Positions 14,233 to 29,138 of a stretch of DNA of 64,000 bases are shown piece after piece. This DNA comes from Tubiluchus corallicola (Eukaryota > Animalia > Priapulida): positions 37,634 through 101,633 of the forward strand of contig JAQGDQ010000754.1 in NCBI GenBank assembly GCA_030141605.1, read 5' to 3'. The notes beneath the pieces are model-generated. The model searched no databases. It was not told the origin of the DNA and saw only the letters and a list, made by a program, of their open reading frames with translations. Made by a program: the position numbers and the translations under genes. How positions within the stretch are numbered: the first letter of the stretch is position 1; every line of letters starts with the position of its first letter.

Positions 14233-15185
14233 ATATACATATGCAGACCGAGGGTATGTATATACTGGTCATATGGATGATACATACATATCAGGAGCTG
14301 TGACTTTTGCGTCAATTTTAGTATTAACAGTTACCTTTGCTAACACTAAAATTATCTTAAAAGTTACGAACGCGCGTCATTGATTCATATTTTGGCGGTC
14401 GTGGATGGACTGAACATAGTTATTACTTTCGTTTAGTGATTACAGTACTATAAACTTTAGGTTCCCATCTTTATATTAATAAGATTAATTATTATAATCA
14501 TCACTAGGTGTCGCTTCTTGTTTCTAAGTTACGGACGCACGTCATTGATCCGTATTTTGGCGGTCGTGGATGGACTGAACATAGTTATTACTTTCGTTTA
14601 GTGATTACAGTACTATAAACTTTAGGTTCCCATCTTTATATTAATAAGATTAATTATTATAATCATCACTAGGTGTCGCTTCTTGTTTCTAAGTTACGGA
14701 CGCACGTCATTGATCCATATTTTGGCGGTCGTGGATGGACTGAACACAGTTATTACTTTCGTTTAGTGATTACAGTACTATAAACTTTAGGTTCCCATCT
14801 TTATATTAATAAGATTAATTATTATAATCATCACTAGGTGTCGCTTCTTGTTTCTAAGTTACGGACGCACGTCATTGATCCATATTTTGGCGGTCGTGGA
14901 TGGACTGAACACAGTTATTACTTTCGTTTAGTGATTACAGTACTATAAACTTTAGGTTCCCATCTTTATATTAATAAGATTAATTATTATAATCATCACT
15001 AGGTGTCGCTTCTTGTTTCTAAGTTACGGACGCGCGTCATTGATCCATATTTTGGCGGTCGTGAATGGACTGAACACAGTTATTACTTTCGTTTAGTGAT
15101 TACAGTACTATAAACTTTAGGTTCCCATCTTTATATTAATAAAATTAATTATTATAATCATCACCAGGTGTCGTTTCTTGTTTCT
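13969..15185. mobile_element. Dispersed composite element: (CA/TACA)n + unique segment + five 165-bp tandem units
   Basis: Second copy at 23920-24604; GTCATTGAT at 14376, 14541, 14706, 14871, 15036. Confidence 0.75.
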
Positions 15186-15618
15186 ACACTTTCTTGCCCA
15201 CAACTCTAGCGGGACAGCAGGACACAAAACTGTCAGTTCTGTACACAGAAAGCAGGATGGTGTCACACAGTAATAAATACGTTGTTATGCAGGAGTATAC
15301 TATTACTGGGTTGTTGTCGATATTACTGTCGTTAAATTGTCATTGTTATACTATTGTTGTTACCGAAGCTGCTACTGTTTTACTGTATTAATATAGCTGT
15401 CCGGAAAGCGGAAGGTTCGGGTTCGAGTCCCAGTAAAGACGCAAAATTTTTCCGACTTCTAATTTAGTATTGCTTTCGTACACTTATATGATTACTGTTA
15501 TTGTTGCCACAGCAACGGCGCGGCGGCAATTTTGCGAGAGCACTCACAGCAGTTTAATGTAGCTGAACTCTATTGTAGCACATAGGCAGTAATTTTTGAA
15601 AAACACGTATTGGTCTTA

Positions 15619-16835
15619 GGTTTCATTTACAGTGAAAATCAAACAAAAAGTTCTTGCATTGGTCTTAGCTAACGTGGTTTTAGTGAGCAAAACTGACCTG
15701 TGCACAGATGGTGAGAACACAACTGGGTTTCATTTACATCGAAAATCAAACAAAAAGTTCTTACATTGGTCTTAGCTAACGTGATTTTAGTGAGCAAAAC
15801 TGACCTGTGCACAGATGGTGAGAACAGAACTAGGTTTCATTTACATCGAAAATCAAACAAAAAGTTCTTACATTGGTCTTAGCTAACGTAGTTTTAGTGA
15901 GCAAAACTGACCTGTGTACAGATGGTGAGAACAGAACTAGGTTTCATTTACAGCGAAAATCAAACAAAAAGTTCTTACATTGGTCTTAGCTAACGTAGTT
16001 TTAGTGAGCAAAACTGACCTGTGTACAGATGGTGAGAACAGAACTAGGTTTCATTTACATCGAAAATCAAACAAAAAGTTCTTACATTGGTCTTAGCTAA
16101 CGTAGTTTTAGTGAGCAAAACTGACCTGTGTACAGATGGTGAGAACACAACTAGGTTTCATTTACAGTGAAAATCAAACAAAAAGTTCTTACATTGGTCT
16201 TAGCTAACGTAGTTTTAGTGAGCAAAACTGACCTGTGCACAGATGGTGAGAACAGAACTAGGTTTCATTTACAGTGAAAATCAAACAAAAAGTTCTTGCA
16301 TTGGTCTTAGTTAATGTGGTTTTAGTGAGCAAAACTGACCTGTGCACAGATGGTGAGAACAGAACTAGGTTTCATTTACATCGAAAATCAAACAAAAAGT
16401 TCTTACATTGGTCGTAGCTAACGTGGTTTTAGTGAGCAAAACTGACCTGTGTACAGATGGTGAGAACAGAACTAGGTTTCATTTACAGTGAAAATCAAAC
16501 AAAAAGTTCTTACATTGGTCTTAGCTAACGTGGTTTTAGTGAGCAAAACTGACCTGTGCACAGATGGTGAGAACAGAACTAGGTTTCATTTACAGCGAAA
16601 ATCAAACAAAAAGTTCTTACATTGGTCTTAGCTAACGTAGTTTTAGTGAGCAAAACTGACCTGTGCACAGATGGTGAGAACAGAACTGGGTTTCATTTAC
16701 AGTGAAAATCAAACAAAAAGTTCTTACATTGGTCTTAGCTAACGTAGTTTTAGTGAGCAAAACTGACCTGTGCACAGATGGTGAGAACACAACTAGGTTT
16801 CATTTACAGTGAAATCAAACAAAAAGTTCTTACAT
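15619..16835. repeat. 107-bp tandem repeat, about 11.5 copies
   Basis: GGTTTCATTTAC at 15619, 15726, 15833, ..., 16796. Confidence 0.95.
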
Positions 16836-17364
16836 AAATGAGAAAAAGAAGACGCATGAATATGGCTGTCGGCATCAGAAACAGAAAATAAAATAACTAG
16901 GAGACTAATGTCAGTCTTTTGCTTCAAACTATAGTAACATTTGCTTAGGTGTTCCATGGTTTAATACATAGCTTAATTAATAATAACTCTTACATATCTT
17001 TAAATATTTTACATGTTTTATTGTGCATGTTTGTTGGTTCTTCATGTAGCCTCTTGAATGCTATGGCAAGAACGGCTGTTTGGACAATGTTTTATGTGAG
17101 ATACTCAGTTCTTACAAAATGTCTGGCTAGCAACTATTGATTGTCACAGAATTCTTTCTGCGAATGTTCGTTCTCTCAATTTATTTGCCATGTCCGAAGA
17201 TGCGACTCTTTTAAATGATTGAATCTCAGTGTGCAGCTAATGTCTCCCGCTTGTTAGCTAACAAACCATTAACGCGAGCACTAACAGCCTGCTGTACTTG
17301 TTGCACTGACAAGTTATAAAATGTAAGTAAGTAAAGTTTTGAAATCTAGTAAAAAAATTACGAT

Positions 17365-17812
17365 AAAGAAAAGAGAAGAAAAGAAAAGAGGAGAAAAGAA
17401 AAGAGAAGAAAAGAGAAGAGAAGAGAAGAAAAGAAAAGAGGAGAAAAGAAAAGAAAAAAAGAGAAGAGAAGAAAAGAAAAGAAAAGAAAAGAGAAGAAAA
17501 GAGAAGAGAAGAAAGAAAGAGAAGAAAGCAGAAGAAACTAAAAGAGAAGAAAAGAGAAGAAACGAAAAGAGAAGAAAGAAAGAGAAGAAAAGAGAAGAAA
17601 GAGACGAAAAGAAAAGAAAAGAGAAGAGAAGAGAAGAAAAGAAAAGAAAAGAAAAGAGAAGAAAAGAGAAGAAACGAAAAGAGAAGAAAGAAAAGAGAAG
17701 AAACGAAAAGAGAAGAAAGAAAAGAGAAGAAAAGAAAAGAAAGGAAAAGAGAAGAAAAGAGGAGAGAAGAGGAGAGGAGAGGAGAAGAGAGGAGGAGAGA
17801 AGAGAAGAGAAG
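17365..17812. repeat. Polypurine (AAGAG/AAAAG)n microsatellite
   Basis: Direct reading. Confidence 0.95.
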
Positions 17813-17925
17813 ACATTTCAGTGCACTATTGTGACGTATCTTCACGTGACCGTAAAAGTAAAAAGAAAAACAAACTATCACTAGCTATTCATTTGTGGAT
17901 TTTATGATGAAAACACAATTACAAG

Positions 17926-19190
17926 TTAAGCAGAGAATCCAAATCACCTCAAGTGAAAGAACACAAGGGCACAAAATGGCTTCTACATTTTGACATTTCT
18001 GTGCTTAAGCAGCGAATCCAAACCACCTCAAGAGAAAGAACACAAGGGCACAAAATGGCTTCTACATTTTGACATTTCTGTGCTTAAGCAGAGGATCCAA
18101 ACCACCTCAAGAGAAAGAACACAAGGGCACAAAATGGCTTCTACATTTCGACATTTCTGTGCTTAAGCAGAGGATCCAAACCACCTCAAGAGAAAGAACA
18201 CAAGGGCACAAAATGGCTTCTACATTTTGACATTTCTGTGCTTAAGCAGAGGATCCAAACCACCTCAAGAGAAAGAACACAAAGGCACGAAATGGCTTCT
18301 ACATTACGACATTTCTGTGCTTAAGCAGAGGATCCAAACCACCTCAAGAGAAAGAACACAAGGGCACAAAATGGCTTCTACATTTCGACATTTCTGTGCT
18401 TAAGCAGAGGATCCAAACCACCTCAAGAGAAAGAACACAAGGGCACAAAATGGCTTCTACATTTTGACATTTCTGTGCTTAAGCAGAGGATCCAAACCAC
18501 CTCAAGTGAAAGAACACAAGGGCACAGAATGGCTTCTACATTTCGACATTTCTGTGCTTAAGCAGAGGATCCAAACCACCTCAAGTGAAAGAACACAAAG
18601 GCACAAAATGGCTTCTACATTTCGACATTTCTGTGCTTAAGCAGAGGATCCAAACCACCTCAAGAGAAAGAACAGAAAGGCACAAAATGGCTTCTACATT
18701 TTGACATTTCTGTGCTTAAGCAGAGGACCCAAACCACCTCAAGAGAAAGAACACAAGGGCACAAAATGGCTTCTACATTTTGACATTTCTGTGCTTAAGC
18801 AGCGAATCCAAACCACCTCAAGAGAAAGAACACAAGGGCACAAAATGGCTTCTACATTTTGACATTTCTGTGCTTAAGCAGAGAATCCAAACCACCTCAA
18901 GAGAAAGAACACAAGGGCACAAAATGGCTTCTACATTTTGACATTTCTGTGCTTAAGCAGAGAATCCAAACCACCTTAAGAGAAAGAACACAAAGGCACA
19001 AAATGGCTTCTACATGTTGACATTTCTGTGCTTAAGCAGAGGATCCAAACCACCTCAAGAGAAAGAACACAAGGGCACAAAATGGCTTCTACATTTTGAC
19101 ATTTCTGTGCTTAAGCAGAGGATTCAAACCACCTCAAGAGAAAGAACACAAAGGCACAAAATGGCTTCTACATTTTGACATTTCTCTGCT
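17926..19190. repeat. 79-bp minisatellite, 16 copies
   Basis: TTAAGCAG at 17926, 18005, 18084 and onward. Confidence 0.95.
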
Positions 19191-19465
19191 TTCTTTGAAG
19201 CCTTAAAATCCGCTCCACATTTGCCATTCTACAGTGGCTATGATGTTACCAGTATTTAATAGATATCTTTCATTACGCTATCATTATTAATATGGCAACA
19301 CAGCGTTTTTTCTTAGACTATTATCGAGAAACTAATGCAGGCGTATCATCAAAAACATCTGTTTCAAAAGTGACTTGCATTGCTGCTATTAATAATGACC
19401 TAAGAAGCCTCCGCATCTCAGAGGTGCTTTTTAACGTGTCGGGCGTATTGCTAGACTTTGGTAGC

Positions 19466-19679
19466 CAGGGCCTATTTGAGCCTAAACGAGGACCGGGGAA
19501 GTGGGGCGTGTGAGGCCCCCTGAAAATTTTTGATCTGCTAGAACGCCGGAGAAGCATTTTCGAAGAGAAAATATGGAGTTATACAGTTGTTAAAGGAAAG
19601 AACAATTGAAAGAAAAACTGCTTTATTCTCAAGACCAGTCCTTAATACTTGTCAATACTGGCAAATGGCGCGCGTGCGG

Positions 19680-19764
<85 letters not shown>

Positions 19765-19939
19765 GAGAGAGAGAGAGAGAGAGTGAGAGAGAGAGAGAGA
19801 GAGAGAGGGAGAAAGAGAGAGAGAGGGAGAGGAGGTAGTATGTTCGCATAAAGCAAAAAAATGTTACCTTGGCGCGAGGCCCCCCTGGAGGGTGAGGCCC
19901 CGGGGAAGTATCCCCACTCCCCCCCTGAAATAGGCGCTG
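19466..19939. mobile_element. hAT MITE with internal (GA)n
   Basis: TIRs CAGGGCCTATTT / AAATAGGCGCTG; perfect 8-bp TSD TTGGTAGC (19458-19465, 19940-19947); inverted sister copy at 34335-34920. Confidence 0.9.
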
Positions 19940-20729
19940 TTGGTAGCAATGTTGTAAATGGTCTTAACTTTGAGGAAATAAATAAACCGAAGAGGATGAG
20001 ATAAATTCGTAAACTTGGTGCAACTTTATAGTGCAGAGAAAGAACTATATAGGGTTTCACAGTCTAATCTGCAAACGTTCTGGACATACTTGCTGTGCAG
20101 TGTAGCGTGGAAGAAGTTCTAAAAACTACCCCAAGTGCCGCTATAAAACCTTCTGTAAATAAGCAACCCTCCGTCTGGCCCAGATGCCATCTTCCACTAA
20201 TATCTCTGCGCATTAGCGACAATATCTTGACGGTTGAAGTGTCACGTGCTCATCATCATTACGTTTCCTGACTTTTCAAACTGCTTTCGTCTCGTTCTTT
20301 ATCATCGGTTATCTCGCGAACGTGATCTTTGCTGTCGTCTACGTGTTCATCAGCCTCCCTAGTTGTTTTTTCACTCGAAGCAGTGGCACCATGTTGGCGA
20401 TACGTGTTACTACACGGAGGAGTTAACTTACGTATGGCATGCATGTCAAATCCACACGTGTTTGGAAATTCCTTCATGTTATGTTTGATGAAACCCATCT
20501 GATTATTAACGACCAGCAGGTTGTATAAATTTCGCCCTGGACGCCTGGGCTCTATAGAATATATGAACTAGCAGCCTGATTCATTTATTTATAGGCGTAC
20601 AACAAAACTTCAATGGTGAATCAGTTATATATAAATTTTTATAAAAAATGAATGTACAGTTATGTATTACATAATGTATATAATTATGTAACTAGGCGAA
20701 ATGATTTTTCGGATGGTCACGGTGTTTGC

Positions 20730-21372
20730 TTAGGGTCCGAAGTTAAGCATAACCGAGGCTGATTAACAAACGGTAGAGTGACCACCACATTCAGCTAATA
20801 CTTACCACACTGATTCGTGCTGTTTTGCTCGCTGAGGGTGGATCTAGGGTACGAAGTTAAGCACAACTGAGGCTGATTAACAAACGGTAGAGTGACCACC
20901 ACATTCAGCTAATACTTACCACACTGATTCGTGCTGTTTTCCTCGCTGAGGGTGGATCTATTCACATTCGATCATAGCTGAAATGCCTCGCTGAGGGTGG
21001 ATCTAGGGTACGAAGTTAAGCACTACTGAGGCTGATTAACAAACGGTAGAGTGACCACCACATTCAGCTAATACTTACCACACTGATTCGTGCTGTTTTC
21101 CTCGCTGAGGGTGCATCTAGGGTACGAAGTTAAGCACAACTGAGGCTGATTAACAAACGGTAGAGTGACCACCACATTCAGCTAATACTTACCACACTGA
21201 TTCGTGCTGTTTTGCTCGCTGAGGGTGCATCTAGGGTACGAAGTTAAGCACTACTGAGGCTGATTAACAAAGGGTACAATGGCCACCACATTCAGCTAAT
21301 ACTTACCATACTGATTCGTGCTATTTTCCTCGCTGAGGGTGCAACTATTCACATTCGTTCATAGCTGAAATG
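20730..21372 (+). repeat. 114-bp tandem repeat, about 5 copies, containing a 5S rRNA-like segment
   Basis: GAAGTTAAGCA at 20739, 20853, 21012, 21126, 21240 (one 45-bp insertion); ungapped similarity to the 5S A-box to C-box region. Confidence 0.85.
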
Positions 21373-21912
21373 TCTGTGCCAGTTGAGGCTTTTATATTTT
21401 ACATGAACAGCCATAATAACGAGTCACTTTTCTGTCTTGTCAATAAATATCTGATCTGTAATAAGTAAGTAACTACTGAGTGCCATATACTAGCCAAACT
21501 ACAAAAACTAAGAATGCATCTATGTAGAATTGATAATTGTTCTTACTAGGTGATAAAATGATGGCCTTACAAGAGATTCTACCCTATTGTCTCGTATCGA
21601 TTGTATTGCAGCACATTTACATTTGTTATTTCTTTACTCATATAACTTCTTTACCTCTGCATTCACTAAATAAACAGTACACTAAGGCACTTCTTGAATC
21701 TTACGTATAAATCAATTTTTTGTCTATTAGATGTACATTCTTGCGGTAATTTTTGCTGAAAAACAATTTTTTATAAGGTGCAAACTCACTTTCTATGGAA
21801 CGATTGGTTTTTTTGCTGTTGTTGTATTTTTGTTTTTTGTATTTATGGACGTTTATGTATTTTTTGATAGTTGTGTTTTGCTGTCATTAGCGTCTTTTTG
21901 TTTACTGTCTTT

Positions 21913-22418
21913 TGAGAAGGGTGGTTGACTCGATAACCTTTGGTTTTTCGCCACCCTTTCTCCAATGTTCGTTTGTATTTTTGTGTATTTTGTTGTCAAA
22001 TTATTGTAAATTTATGGAGAAAAATAAAAAAAATTACTAATTCAGTGTAAATCATTATTATCGTAATATGAATTTAGTTTTTTCTGTTGTTTTTCCCAAT
22101 ACAACTTGCTTTTCAAATTGTTTTTCTAAAGCAGCACTAGTGATGTTTTCGCCATTAAGGTTAATGTTTTTGTGTCTTAATTGTTTATATTGCTATGATT
22201 GGTATCTACTAGAAATATGGGGTGAAAGATAACCAATGTTTTTTTATTTATTATTATTATCACATTCAGTACAATATAATGACATAAAGCACACAGTGAC
22301 ATCAAAATTATTACATCTACTATATTAAATTGTTATGTTTCATACACTATCGTTATCATAAAAGAATAATTGTACTGCAGTGGGCTAGAGAAGCAAAGGC
22401 TTGTATAAGCCCACTGTC
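21913..22418. mobile_element. Two tail-to-tail LINE (L2/Crack-like) 3'-UTR remnants
   Basis: Hairpin GAGAAGGGTGG...CCACCCTTTCTC followed by AATAAA/A-run (+), and hairpin CAGTGGGCT...AGCCCACTG preceded by a (TTA)n tail (-). Confidence 0.35.
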
Positions 22419-23919
22419 ATGTGAACCTGATAAAAAAGAATGGATGAGTGAACAAAAAAAGAAACTGGGAGAAAGGTTAGATCACACAGGAAGGGTAGAA
22501 GGATGTGTTAGTGGAAATAGTAGGAAGAAAGATAATAGATTGCGCTATGTTGACATCAGCTCTAAAGATTTATCAATGATGCCTTGTTTTGCATAATCTG
22601 TACCAGGATTGTGGTATGACTACTGCAGTAGGTGTGGGAAATTAGGAAGTGTTGTACTTGTTGAGAATCATTGCTCTGTATTTCTTTTTAAATTTTTGAA
22701 TTGGCTGAACAGTTTCTAATTCATCATTTATGTCATTCCAAAGCCTTGGACCAACATTTGCAATGAATTGCCACGTCTGTTCTACAGAAATTCACGACAA
22801 ACTCATTCATTCTGGTTGCGTAACTCCGATTATTAGACTGGATTATTAGAGACGTTGGAAAGAGATGACCATGTTATATTAATTATCAAGCGTTTCACAT
22901 TCTACAGTACATTTTTCATCTGCAACTCCAAGAAAACGTCAGCTATCACTAGGCCTTCCTGACAATGAGTTGACAAATATGATCCGGAATTCCGTTTGCG
23001 ATGTCCATCAGCTTCCTTCCTCGACATTTTTGCGCATTCCAGAAGTTCGGTTGGTTAAATGTAATTCTCCTGTAGGCGCTGTTCGAACAATCGTCCTCTT
23101 CCTGCTCTCCAAACAGCCCACTCCAGGAGCTTAATTGGATCCACTTGTAATTTCTTCTCATAGAATCTTCGAGTGAAAAATCCTGTAACGATGATCTATG
23201 TGGGCGGACAATGATCCCTGATCATGCATCACGTCAGGAAAGTCTAGTGGGCAGATTTTTCTGAACCCACTTCATGATTGCCACTTCAAATACTCATTCT
23301 GTAATAGCGGCATGAATTGATTTATCAACTGTCACAACGTCTGGCGATTCCAGAGACTTAATTTTGCAAAGTTTGAGAGTAAAATCGTGCATATCAATCA
23401 TTAATTTATCCATTTGTTCACAGTTCGTGGAGGCAGCTGCTCTAACAAAGCTGCCAGAGCATTGCAATCAAGGGATGACATATCCCAAGCTGAGAAAGCA
23501 TTTCTGTGGAGATAAACTTCACTATAAAACAACAGCATTTCGATCTTATTTATACTTTCCGTTTGGTATAATTTATGTAGATTTGTATAATAATAAACTA
23601 AATGCTATAAGAATTTTAGGCTTGATAAATGTCTTGCATTATATTCATACGGAATGTTGTGAATTCGACTGAAGATTAAGATGGTGACATCGTGCAATAA
23701 ATATTTCGAAATACTCTGAGCTCCGTAGGTTAAAAACACATCCTAAACAACCATCTAAATTCTAGACATCATACATACATATATTGAAACATGTATTGGC
23801 CTTTTTAACCCTGAAATTACCTAAAAGCTTGAATAGTGGTAACAATTAACCTAGCGTCTGTTATACATATATATAATTTCTTACTGATGTCGTTCAGTAA
23901 TTATTCTTTGGTGAGCATG

Positions 23920-24604
<685 letters not shown>

Positions 24605-26037
24605 GACTTCGTCAAAATATAATATGGTTCTTTTACTCAAGGGATTTATAATGGTAGCTACATGTGTTCGTATTACATTACTATGAGAGTCACTCGAGCC
24701 ATCATGATATCGTGTCACCTGTCAAGCTACGAATTATATAGATGCGCATTATTTCACGTCATTGAAACCAATCATTTTACCGCCTTCACTTTATAGATCC
24801 GTGCACAATCTCAGGAACGCTATGCTACGTGTGATTTTCCCTTTCCCTGTAGCATTACCGCTTCAACAGTTGACAGGTAACAGTATCAGAAAGCAGAAGC
24901 GTTGTCATGGTAACCGTTACACGCTTTGGATTTTACATTATTCTCTGCAGTAGCATCGCCAATAATACAGCATAGAGATTGGTTAAATTTTCAGACTGAC
25001 GACACAATGGAATTAATGTGCAGCGAAGGCAGGAGAACTTGAATACCAAACTAAGGTCACCTGATACAGAGATGCCTTGCAATATGCATCAAAGACTCAT
25101 CTAATATTTTTGTTTGTCCTTAGTGCATAAACCAAGGTGCAAAAAATGAACAGTAATATGCACTATCTGAAATGTACTTGTCTTTTGACTTACACATATA
25201 TATACTATATATATATATATTAACACAAATGAAAATTTTTTTTCTAAAGTTTTTTCTTGTACATTAGATGTAAGAAGTAATACTAGCAATGAACAAATAC
25301 GGACTGTAAATTTCATTAAAGAAGTTATATGAGCTCTAGAACGTAATTGTTTTGATTTTTTGACAGGAATGAGTTGTACGCCATACTAACATATCTTAAC
25401 TCTCATTTAATTTTATATATTCACATCTCTTATTAATCTTGTTAATTAATGTTATTTTGCTTTTTCATCTGTTTGTTTATTTGATGTGATTGCACCATGA
25501 GTAGGAATGAAAATGATATATATAATTTTTATTTATACTCGTGGTGCAATCACATCAAATAAACAAATAGATCAACAAGCAAAATTAACATTAATTATAT
25601 TTACGAAACAAAATGATTAGATCAGTTTTTGATACATTTTGTAACGAATCTATATCCAGTGGTCTAAACATTGTTTTGAATCGTCAAGGAACCTTTTTCC
25701 ATGCCGAAGTTATATCAGCTGTGTAATATATACGCTCAAACCAAAGTTGCGTTCCCATATCTATGTTAGTTTATTCTGCAAAATACAACTTTTCTGTAGT
25801 CTACAATTACTACATCTACAAAAGTACTGAAATAAGTGCTAGGAAAATAAGTGCTACAGATTACTACGTTACACTAAAAAGCTAAAAATGTATACATACA
25901 TTGTTGGTCCAATATTGAGTCGAGAAAAAGCCAGAATGTCAGTAAAAGGTAGCAGTATAATTATAATTCAAATTTTAAATGTAACAGAGACGTGTGTACA
26001 TGACAAGTTCCACCTATACAATGTCAGAGTAGAAAAA

Positions 26038-29000
26038 GTAGTCTAGCTTGTTGAACTACAGTCTAATATATTGTGGCTTCTAATGCATATACTACCTTGG
26101 GAAGGGGTAGTCTAGCTTGTTGAACTACAGTCTAATATATTGTGGCTTCTAATGCATATACTACCTTGAGAAGGGGTAGTCTAGCTTGTTGAACTACAGT
26201 CTAATATATTGTAGCTTCTAATGCATATACTACCTTGAGAAGGGGTAGTCTAGCTTGTTGAGCTACAGTCTAATATATCGTAGCTTCTAATGCATATACT
26301 ACCTTGAGAAGATACGTCTAGCTTGTTGAGCTACAGTCTAATATATTGTGGCTCGTAATGCATATACTACCTTGGGAAGGGGTAGTCTAGCTTGTTGAAC
26401 TACAGTATAATATATTGTGGCTTCTAATGCATATACTACCTTGAGAAGGGGTAGTCTAGCTTGTTGAACTACAGTCTAATATATTGTGGCTTCTAATGCA
26501 TATACTACCTTGAGAAGGGGTAGTCTAGCTTGTTGAGCTACAGTCTAATATATTGTAGCTTCTAATGCATATACTACCTTGAGAAGATACGTCTAGCTTG
26601 TTGAGCTACAGTCTAATATATTGTGGCTTCTAATGCATATACTACCTTGGGAAGGGGTAGTCTAGCTTGTTGAACTACAGTCTAATATATTGTGGCTTCT
26701 AATGCATATACTACCTTGGGAAGGGGTAGTCTAGCTTGTTGAACTACAGTCTAATATATTGTGGCTCGTAATGCATATACTACCTTGAGAAGGGGTAGTC
26801 TAGCTTGTTGAGCTACAGTCTAATATATTGTGGCTTCTAATGCATATACTACCTTGAGAAGGGGTAGTCTAGCTTGTTGAACTACAGTCTAATATATTGT
26901 GGCTTCTAATGCATATACTACCTTGAGAAGGGGTAGTCTAGCTTGTTGAACTACAGTCTAATATATTGTGGCTTCTAATGCATATACTACCTTGAGAAGG
27001 GGTAGTCTAGCTTGTTGAACTACAGTCTAATATATTGTGGCTTCTAATGCATATACTACCTTGGGAAGGGGTAGTCTAGCTTGTTGAACTACAGTCTAAT
27101 ATATTGTGGCTTCTAATGCATATACTACCTTGGGAAGGGGTAGTCTAGCTTGTTGAACTACAGTCTAATATATTGTGGCTTCTAATGCATATACTACCTT
27201 GGGAAGGGGTAGTCTAGCTTGTTGAACTACAGTCTAATATATTGTGGCTTCTAATGCATATACTACCTTGGGAAGGGGTAGTCTAGCTTGTTGAACTACA
27301 GTCTAATATATTGTGGCTTCTAATGCATATACTACCTTGAGAAGGGGTAGTCTAGCTTGTTGAACTACAGTCTAATATATTGTGGCTTCTAATGCATATA
27401 CTACCTTGAGAAGGGGTAGTCTAGCTTGTTGAACTACAGTCTAATATATTGTGGCTTCTAATGCATATACTACCTTGAGAAGGGGTAGTCTAGCTTGTTG
27501 AACTACAGTCTAATATATTGTGGCTTCTAATGCATATACTACCTTGGGAAGGGGTAGTCTAGCTTGTTGAACTACAGTCTAATATATTGTGGCTTCTAAT
27601 GCATATACTACCTTGAGAAGGGGTAGTCTAGCTTGTTGAACTACAGTCTAATATATTGTGGCTTCTAATGCATATACTACCTTGAGAAGGGGTAGTCTAG
27701 CTTGTTGAACTACAGTCTAATATATTGTGGCTTCTAATGCATATACTACCTTGAGAAGGGGTGGTCTAGCTTGTTGAACTACAGTCTAATATATTGTGGC
27801 TTCTAATGCATATACTACCTTGGGAAGGGGTAGTCTAGCTTGTTGAACTACAGTCTAATATATTGTGGCTTCTAATGCATATACTACCTTGGGAAGGGGT
27901 AGTCTAGCTTGTTGAACTACAGTCTAATATATTGTGGCTTCTAATGCATATACTACCTTGGGAAGGGGTAGTCTAGCTTGTTGAACTACAGTCTAATATA
28001 TTGTGGCTTCTAATGCATATACTACCTTGGGAAGGGGTAGTCTAGCTTGTTGAACTACAGTCTAATATATTGTGGCTTCTAATGCATATACTACCTTGAG
28101 AAGGGGTAGTCTAGCTTGTTGAACTACAGTCTAATATATTGTGGCTTCTAATGCATATATTACCTTGGGAAAAAGTAGTCTAGCTTGTTGAACTACAGTC
28201 TAATATATTGTGGCTTCTAATGCATATACTACCTTGGGAAGGGTAGTCTAGCTTGTTGAACTACAGTCTAATATATTGTGGCTTCTAATGTATATACTAC
28301 CTTGAGAAAGGGTAGTCTAGCTTGTTGAACTACAGTCTAATATATTGTGGCTTCTAATGTATATACCTGGGAAGGGGTAGTCTAGCTTGTTGAACTACAG
28401 TCTAATATATTGTGGCTTCTAATGCATATACTACCTTGAGAAGGGGTAGTCTAGCTTGTTGAACTACAGTCTAATATATTGTGGCTTCTAATGTATATAC
28501 TACCTTGGGAAGGGGTAGTCTAGCTTGTTGAACTACAGTCTAATATATTGTGGCTTCTAATGCATATACTACCTTGAGAAGGGGTAGTCTAGCTTGTTGA
28601 ACTACAGTCTAATATATTGTGGCTTCTAATGTATATACTACCTTGAGAAGGGGTAGTCTAGCTTGTTGAACTACAGTCTAATATATTGTGGCTTCTAATG
28701 CATATACTACCTTGGGAAGGAGCAGTCTAGCTTGTTGAACTACAGTCTAATATATTGTGGCTTCTAATGTATATACTACCTTGGGAAGGAGTAGTCTAGC
28801 TTGTTGAACTACAGTCTAATATATTGTGGCTTCTAATGCATATACTACCTTGAGAAGGGGTAGTCTAGCTTGTTGAACTACAGTCTAATATATTGTGGCT
28901 TCTAATGCATATACTACCTTGAGAAGGGGTAGTCTAGCTTGTTGAACTACAGTCTAATATATTGTGGCTTCTAATGCATATACTACCTTGGGAAGGGGTA

Positions 29001-29138
29001 GTCTAGCTTGTTGAACTACAGTCTAATATATTGTGGCTTCTAATGCATATACTACCTTGAGAAGGGGTAGTCTAGCTTGTTGAACTACAGTCTAATATAT
29101 TGTGGCTTCTAATGCATATACTACCTTGAGAAGGGGTA
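26038..29138. repeat. 69-bp minisatellite, about 45 copies
   Basis: GTCTAGCTTG at 26041, 26110, 26179 and onward; very homogeneous. Confidence 0.97.

Noticed and set aside
12526-21372. Functional 5S rRNA genes
   Set aside because: Only about 48 nt of diverged similarity per unit, with no 5' domain or full fold; treated as 5S-derived repeats.
22560-23520. Coding-like stretch including ORF 22949..23161
   Set aside because: No recognisable motif; possibly a decayed TE, but it cannot be called by eye.
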